A DNA stretch of 64,000 nt from an uncultured Candidatus Saccharibacteria bacterium. GTDB taxonomy: Bacteria > Patescibacteriota > Dojkabacteria > SC72. The stretch lies in assembly GCA_964621195.1 (NCBI GenBank), contig CAZULJ010000002.1:19665-83664 (forward strand), read 5' to 3'. The notes under the pieces are model-generated. The model did not search any database and had not been told where the DNA came from. It was given only the letters and a program-made list of their open reading frames with translations. The stretch's first letter is position 1, and each line of letters opens with the position of its first letter. Made by a program: the position numbers and the translations under genes. Of the stretch, positions 58,487-64,000 are shown one piece after another.

Positions 58487-59577
58487 GCTTAGCTGATATG
58501 AAGATATTAATCTGTTGTGGTACTCGTCCAAATTTTATTAAATTGGCCCCCCTTTATCACGAAGGTGTTAAAAGAAACCATGACATACAGATATTACATA
58601 CTGGGCAACATTACGACATTAATCTAAATCAGATATTTTTCTCTCAACTTGGTATACCAGAACCAAACGTAAATCTAAATATTGAAAGAGGAGGAGAGTA
58701 TGTTAAAGAAATTGCAAAATCTGTAGAGCTATTTCTGGAAGAGAATAGATATGACTATATATTTGTAATTGGAGATGTGGATTCTTCATTGGGTTGTGCG
58801 GTTGGTGCAAAGAACTCGTCGCACAAGGTTGTACATATAGAGGCAGGACTGAGAAGTCATGATATGGATATGCCAGAAGAGAGAAACAGAATTGAGATAG
58901 ATAAGATTTCAGATATCAAGTTCGTTTCTGAGCCTGATGGGATTGTTAACCTAAAAAATGAGAATCTTTATTCAGATGAAGACACATTTCTAGTTGGCAA
59001 TGTTATGATTGATACCTTCGTATCAAATATATCCAATATAGAAGGGGTAGATTTAAAAGATGAGCTTGATCTGGAGAAAGGTACTTACTGTATTGTTACA
59101 GTGCATAGGCCTTCTAATGTAGATGTAAGGGAGCGATTAAAATCTCTACTAAGCTATCTAGATTCTCTGTCTAAAGATATTAAGGTTCTGTTTCCTATTC
59201 ATCCACGAACATTAATGGCAATTGAGAAGTGTGGTCTTTCGAAGTTATTGAAAAATATAATTGTGACTGAGCCTTTAGGATATTTTGAATTCCTTAATCG
59301 AGTACAGAATGCGAGGTATATGATTACGGATTCTGGAGGGGCTCAAGAAGAAAGTATGCATTTGAGGATTCCTTGCATTACAATAAGATCTTGTACTGAA
59401 AGACCTATTACATTGAGATATGGTACGAGTTTTCTTGCTGGTGAGGATATGAATCTACTTAGATATTACTCTAAGTTAGCCTGTGAAGGTAGGCTGGAAT
59501 CTAATCGTAGGGGTGGGTATGAATTGTGGGATGGGCAGGCTACTCGTAGGATTTATTCTGTTTTGGAAAGTTTATAG
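58483..59577 (+). CDS. wecB: UDP-N-acetylglucosamine 2-epimerase (non-hydrolysing, WecB/MnaA family)
   Basis: KILICCGTRPNFIKLAPL......HTGQHYD...........LN.ERG; H.EAGLRS; DSGG.QEE. Confidence 0.8.
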   Translation: MSLADMKILICCGTRPNFIKLAPLYHEGVKRNHDIQILHTGQHYDINLNQIFFSQLGIPEPNVNLNIERGGEYVKEIAKSVELFLEENRYDYIFVIGDVDSSLGCAVGAKNSSHKVVHIEAGLRSHDMDMPEERNRIEIDKISDIKFVSEPDGIVNLKNENLYSDEDTFLVGNVMIDTFVSNISNIEGVDLKDELDLEKGTYCIVTVHRPSNVDVRERLKSLLSYLDSLSKDIKVLFPIHPRTLMAIEKCGLSKLLKNIIVTEPLGYFEFLNRVQNARYMITDSGGAQEESMHLRIPCITIRSCTERPITLRYGTSFLAGEDMNLLRYYSKLACEGRLESNRRGGYELWDGQATRRIYSVLESL

Positions 59578-59785
59578 GAAGCTATGGGCCTTCCTGGCTG
59601 TTCCAGCAATTATTCGTAGGTCAAATATTCTGCTTGGTGTCTCATAGTCGGGGCTTGCATTCTCTTGAATGCTCTTGTGTAGGGTTCGTACTTAGTTTTA
59701 AGCTATCTATATAGCTTATCTATAACATTAAAATGCTGGATTTTTTAGCATTCTTATCCTAGCATATAGTTATAATTAAATTGTC

Positions 59786-60199
59786 ATGTTTATAACTATG
59801 ACAAACAGAGATAGAGCAGTCTTGCTTTCTATATTCATTTCAGTATTCGGTTTTTCCCTCCTCAATGTAGTTAATCCATTAGATCGACAATTGGGTAAAC
59901 CATTTGTTGTAACATCAGAATATATTTCCAAAGTCCCTCTCATGGATGAGGAGTATTCGTATGATTATAACTTTGATATTGATAGACGGTACAGTAGATT
60001 TGATTCAAGTAAATCAAAATTAGTAAATATGCTAAGTATATCTATGGGAATATCTACTGAAGATGTTCAAGAGGCCTTAGAGGCTGGTATGAAGCCTTCA
60101 GAGATGCTTGCAGAGGAGGGTATACTTCTTTCTGATCTTGAGGAGGATTTCAATTTTGAATTAGTAGGGGAGAGAGAGTTTGTTAGATTTAATTCGTAG
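59786..60199 (+). CDS. hypothetical protein with N-terminal TM
   Basis: ORF only; N-terminal hydrophobic helix. Confidence 0.3.
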   Translation: MFITMTNRDRAVLLSIFISVFGFSLLNVVNPLDRQLGKPFVVTSEYISKVPLMDEEYSYDYNFDIDRRYSRFDSSKSKLVNMLSISMGISTEDVQEALEAGMKPSEMLAEEGILLSDLEEDFNFELVGEREFVRFNS

Positions 60200-60255
60200 C
60201 GCATAACAATTTACTATAAGCCCCAACTGGTGTATAATCCCACCAGTAAGTTGTT

Positions 60256-60447
60256 TTGGTAAATAATATGTACGAAAACCCTGGTTCCGTATTGGGAGCT
60301 TCAACTGCAGCTATAATCTTGCCTGCGACAGCTAGTGCAATAACTGGAATTGACTATTTACTCCTCCTAGGAGCATTCTTAGTCTTTTTAGTAGTATACA
60401 ATCTTGCAGTAAAAGCTATCTCATATTTCCTTTCTAAGAGAGGATAA
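60256..60447 (+). CDS. small hydrophobic protein (2 TM), hypothetical
   Basis: 63 aa, two hydrophobic segments; 8 bp upstream of the GT2 gene. Confidence 0.3.
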   Translation: MVNNMYENPGSVLGASTAAIILPATASAITGIDYLLLLGAFLVFLVVYNLAVKAISYFLSKRG

Positions 60448-60455
60448 TCAGTATT

Positions 60456-61721
60456 GTGAATATTCATAATATTGTTCTAACAACCTCTCTTGTAATTTCA
60501 GGAATTGCAATCTTCAGATACTTTGTGTATCTGATTTTTGCACCTTTGTATGAATTCCAAAGAATTTTGATATTAAAAAGCTCAAAGAAGAAATCAAAAA
60601 AACAGATTGAGAAATCTATGAAGATATCTGTAATAGTTCCTGCATGGAATGAGGAAGTTGGTATTTCAACATCAATATCTTCGCTATTGGAGAGTAGCTA
60701 TAATAACTTGGAGATAGTTGTTGTAAATGATGGGTCTACAGATTCAACAAATCGCATAATTCGAAGTTATTTGAGGAAGAAGAATGTAGAGGGCAAGAAT
60801 CTAAAAGGCAAAAGTATCGTATATATAAATAAGAGAAAGAATGCAGGGAAGGGAGCTGCTCTAAACTCTGGTATAAAACGTAGTTCTGGGGATATTATTG
60901 TAACAATGGATGCAGATACTAAGTTTGAAAACGATGCATTATACAATGTTGCACGATATTTTCAGAATAAGGATATAGATTGTGGAGTTGGCAACGTAAA
61001 AGTTTCAAATACTAAGAGTCTATTGGGATTAATTCAGCAAATTGAATATACATTTGGTTTTTACTTTAAAAGGATGCACTCAGTTCTTAATTGTGAATAC
61101 ATAATTGGGGGAGCCTTTGGTGTTTATAGGAGGAATATTTTCGATAATTACGGTTACTTTGATGAGAAAAACAAGACTGAAGATATTGAGTTCTCGACAA
61201 GATTGAGCTCATATGGCTTGAAGTGCTTTTTCATGGAGGATGCGATTGCTTATACAGAGGGTGCCTCGAGTCTAGATGGCTTGTTAAAGCAAAGGACAAG
61301 ATGGAAGCGAGGGAGGATTGATACCTTCCTGCGATACCTTAATCTCTTTTTTAGTCTTGAGAAGAGACACAGCAAGGTTCTCTCATGGTTTGTTCTTCCA
61401 TTGGCTCTTGTTGGAGATTTTGAACTTCTTTTGTTTCCTATACTTTTTCCATTGATCATGTTCTATACCTTTGATTTTGGTAGCTTCAATTACTGGATTT
61501 CGTGGATAATATTTTTCTCATTTGTTGTTCTATTATCTTATCTCTTTGGCTCTAAGAGGAATGCTTTGCAAAGCATTCTGTTAATACCGGTCTTTTATTT
61601 TCTTGCCTTTATACTTGTTTTTACTGAAATCTATGCCATGTTGAAGTCAATATCCTTGCTTATTAAAGGTAAGGATATTGTTTGGCAAAGGTGGGAGAGA
61701 AAGGGGGTGGAAAATGTATAG
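60456..61721 (+). CDS. processive family-2 glycosyltransferase (PgaC/IcaA/cellulose-synthase-like, QxxRW)
   Basis: ISVIVPAWNEE (DXD region), VVVNDGSTD, TMDADT, QRTRWKRG (QxxRW); N-terminal TM and C-terminal TM bundle. Confidence 0.75.
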   Translation: MNIHNIVLTTSLVISGIAIFRYFVYLIFAPLYEFQRILILKSSKKKSKKQIEKSMKISVIVPAWNEEVGISTSISSLLESSYNNLEIVVVNDGSTDSTNRIIRSYLRKKNVEGKNLKGKSIVYINKRKNAGKGAALNSGIKRSSGDIIVTMDADTKFENDALYNVARYFQNKDIDCGVGNVKVSNTKSLLGLIQQIEYTFGFYFKRMHSVLNCEYIIGGAFGVYRRNIFDNYGYFDEKNKTEDIEFSTRLSSYGLKCFFMEDAIAYTEGASSLDGLLKQRTRWKRGRIDTFLRYLNLFFSLEKRHSKVLSWFVLPLALVGDFELLLFPILFPLIMFYTFDFGSFNYWISWIIFFSFVVLLSYLFGSKRNALQSILLIPVFYFLAFILVFTEIYAMLKSISLLIKGKDIVWQRWERKGVENV

Positions 61722-62334
61722 AAGTATATTAAAAATTTCGATACTATTACTTTTCTTCGTTGGATTCGGTTATCTATCGTCTAGAGTTGTTTCTTATGTG
61801 GAAAGTAATATTCGTCTATGGGAAAGGATTGAGGCGTATGTAAACAGTAGGGAGGGAGTCATCGAAGAGGAGTTAATTCTTGTTAGTGTCGAGGAGAAAG
61901 TTGAAATAGAGGAGGATAATGTGAATTTGGGGGTACCAGTAAGTATAAGGATTGAGAGTGTAGGTATCGATTTGGAGGTAAAAGAGGGTATCTACGATTA
62001 CGAGGAAAGGGTTTGGACAATAACAAATGGCTATGCATATTGGGCAAATCTCTCAGACTCAATATTTCAGAAAAATTCTAATACCGTAATATATGCTCAT
62101 AATCAGAAGAACGAGTTTGGGAAATTAAAAAATATTAATATAGGAGATAAGATTGTTGTAACTACAGACTCTGGGAATACCCTTGTGTTTGAATATTTCT
62201 CCGATAATATTGTAGATCCAAATAACTCCTCTGTAATTTTCGAAGAAGTTGATGTTTCTAGACTCGTCCTTATTACTTGTAATGGTGTGTTTAGTGAGGA
62301 TCGTAGGATTTTGTATGCACGATTAGTTGATTAA
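61714..62334 (+). CDS. sortase-family transpeptidase
   Basis: N-terminal TM, catalytic His (VIYAHN), LITCNG Cys motif, downstream Arg (RRILYARL); start set at MYRSILK (8-bp overlap with the GT2 stop). Confidence 0.65.
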   Translation: MYRSILKISILLLFFVGFGYLSSRVVSYVESNIRLWERIEAYVNSREGVIEEELILVSVEEKVEIEEDNVNLGVPVSIRIESVGIDLEVKEGIYDYEERVWTITNGYAYWANLSDSIFQKNSNTVIYAHNQKNEFGKLKNINIGDKIVVTTDSGNTLVFEYFSDNIVDPNNSSVIFEEVDVSRLVLITCNGVFSEDRRILYARLVD

Positions 62335-62400
62335 TATTCTGGTTGATATATTCTCATATTTTTGAAAAAATGGAATATATATAAATTGAGAGGCTAGAAT

Positions 62401-62604
62401 ATGAAAGTTTCTATAGATCAAACAAAGTGTGTAGCTTGTGGCTCATGCGTAGCTATTTGTCCTGAAGTTTTTGAAATGAAAGAGGATGGTACTGTTGATG
62501 TAAAAGCTGAGTGGAAGGGAAAAGAAATACCAGAGGAGTTACAAGCTAAGGTTCAGGAAGCACATGATATGTGTCCTGCAACAGCCATTGTAATAGAGTC
62601 TTAG
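62401..62604 (+). CDS. single-cluster [4Fe-4S]/[3Fe-4S] ferredoxin
   Basis: C.ACGSC...CPEVF....DG......CPATAI; 67 aa. Confidence 0.75.
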   Translation: MKVSIDQTKCVACGSCVAICPEVFEMKEDGTVDVKAEWKGKEIPEELQAKVQEAHDMCPATAIVIES

Positions 62605-62605
62605 T

Positions 62606-63196
62606 ATGTCTAAGCATCCAGAAAAGATACTTTGTATACAGAGTGAAAAACTCTTTAGGTTGGGTAAATGGAATGGTCTTAAAACAGAAGACTTAGATTC
62701 ATACTTGAAGATTCTAAGGGAGGAGAGTGAATTTAGGGTAAGGGATGAGTTGGAATTAGATACCTCATACAAGCAGATAATTGGCCAGGTATTACTTAGA
62801 TACAATGGTAAATATTTCTTACATAAGCAGGTTAACAGGACAGAGGAGAGATTAAACTCTCTTTGTCCTTTACCATTGGGTGGTCATATTGAGGAGTTTG
62901 ATATTGTAGAGGGTAGGGATATATTTGAGATTGCATTGGATAGAGAATTGCATGAAGAAGCAGAGGTTAATTCTAAGATTGTTAAGAAGGAGTTTTTGGG
63001 TCTTGTATATTTGGAGGATGAGAATCCTGTTAATCATGTTCATGTTGGTCTTTTCTATATATATGATTTGGATGGTATGGACGTACATATTAGAGAAGAA
63101 GGGTTAGAAGATATTGGCTTTGTTAGTTTGGAGTATCTTAAAAACAACAAAGAGACTCTTACATATTGGAGTCGTATAGTTATATATCATTTATAA
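62606..63196 (+). CDS. Nudix-like hydrolase
   Basis: Nudix-box-like GGHIEEFD-x10-LDRELHEEAEV (GX5EX7REUXEEXGU, with E in place of the final G). Confidence 0.45.
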   Translation: MSKHPEKILCIQSEKLFRLGKWNGLKTEDLDSYLKILREESEFRVRDELELDTSYKQIIGQVLLRYNGKYFLHKQVNRTEERLNSLCPLPLGGHIEEFDIVEGRDIFEIALDRELHEEAEVNSKIVKKEFLGLVYLEDENPVNHVHVGLFYIYDLDGMDVHIREEGLEDIGFVSLEYLKNNKETLTYWSRIVIYHL

Positions 63197-63200
63197 ACGT

Positions 63201-63629
63201 ATGGATGATTGTATATTTTGTAAGATTGTAAAAGGTGAGATACCTTGTTACAAGATCTATGAAGATGAATACTTCTTAGCATTTTTAGATATCTCTGAAT
63301 TTACACCTGGTCATACATTAGTAATTCCTAAAAAACATTACCGATTTATATGGAATGTAGATGATATTTCAGGATATGCTCAGGCTGTAAAAAAGATCTG
63401 TTCCCACTATACTGAAGTATTAGGTTACAAGTATGTAGATACACTTTCTTTTGGTAGGATGGTTCCTCATGCTCATATACATCTTGTCCCTCATAACAAT
63501 GGGGAAGGTGGTTGGGAGGATTCTTTGAATAAAATTTGTGAGATGCAAGATGATGAGAGTAGAAGATTAACTCCGCAGAGAGGAAAAGATGCGATGGAGA
63601 AGTTCAAACTACCTGTCGAAGAATTGTAA
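63201..63629 (+). CDS. HIT-family (histidine triad) protein
   Basis: CIFCKI..GEIP...IYED....AFLDI...PGHTLVIPK.H; HAHIHLVPH triad. Confidence 0.8.
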   Translation: MDDCIFCKIVKGEIPCYKIYEDEYFLAFLDISEFTPGHTLVIPKKHYRFIWNVDDISGYAQAVKKICSHYTEVLGYKYVDTLSFGRMVPHAHIHLVPHNNGEGGWEDSLNKICEMQDDESRRLTPQRGKDAMEKFKLPVEEL

Positions 63630-64000
63630 GATCTCTGTCATATATTCTGTATCTACATCGAAGTGTGTTTTCCCTTGAAGGGTTACTAACTCAATATCAT
63701 GCCCCCATGTTTTCATACTGTTTACGAAATTTACAACACTACTGTATGGGACATTAACGTCTGCATTACCATGCCATATCTTTATATCAATATCTGCTAT
63801 CTTACTTGCCCTTGTTTGATTCCACTCAGAAGTCCTTGTTGTAGGTGCAAGTAGTGCTATCTTAGATATCATTTCAGGATACTCTGATGCAAAGTTCATA
63901 GTGGGTAACCCGCCCATGCTAAAACCGAGTAGATATATCTCTGAGCTAACAAAGTAGTTCTCATCTACCCAAGATTTTAAATTAAGAGTATCCCTTATTG
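63609..64000 (-). CDS. alpha/beta-hydrolase (carboxylesterase/peptidase S9-like), C-terminal part; N-terminus beyond window end
   Basis: C-terminal fragment ...GGLPTM.FAS.YPE.ISK.ALLAP......W......IW.HG..D..VPY...........G........G..H; the reading frame stays open to the window edge. Confidence 0.45.
   Translation of the reverse strand, partial: IRDTLNLKSWVDENYFVSSEIYLLGFSMGGLPTMNFASEYPEMISKIALLAPTTRTSEWNQTRASKIADIDIKIWHGNADVNVPYSSVVNFVNSMKTWGHDIELVTLQGKTHFDVDTEYMTEILQFFDR

Noticed and set aside
59578-59785. SRP (4.5S) RNA
   Set aside because: Neither strand shows the helix-8 GNRA tetraloop with flanking AGG/AGCAGC symmetric-loop motifs.
1-64000. CRISPR arrays
   Set aside because: No arrays of regularly spaced direct repeats were seen; the only notable direct repeat is the DGR VR/TR pair.

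Overview
This is a low-GC (roughly 35%) bacterial chromosomal window. The first ~20 kb is a contiguous str/S10/spc/alpha ribosomal super-operon (fusA-tuf-rpsJ...secY-adk-infA-rpmJ...rpoA-rplQ-rplM-rpsI) with a reduced-genome, CPR/Patescibacteria-like flavour. It has no uL30, no uL29 between L16 and S17, and no map. L24 carries a zinc-ribbon tail, and S5, L17 and L24 carry lysine-rich tails. The rest is housekeeping (compact rnpB, fmt, queA, tgt, rny, hup, two greA paralogs, trmD, glyQS, lysS, serS, miaA), tRNA-Glu(CUC), tRNA-Pro(GGG), an RHH/RelE toxin-antitoxin pair, and a cell-surface/glycan cluster (wecB, processive GT2, sortase, SBBP protein). The stand-out system is a complete diversity-generating retroelement (DGR) at about 32.3-35.2 kb. 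Its target gene (32283..33137) ends in a DUF1566/C-type-lectin-like variable region (VR 33012..33133). A 122-bp template repeat (TR 33511..33632) differs from the VR only at 14 positions, and every one is an adenine in the TR. An avd accessory gene follows. A DGR-type reverse transcriptase (motif IGNLTSQ, YADD) is encoded on the opposite strand, convergent with avd. The DGR lies directly downstream of a 1028-aa FN3-rich surface protein and a translationally coupled fused ABC ATPase/FtsX-like permease, which suggests a diversified surface-adhesion module.
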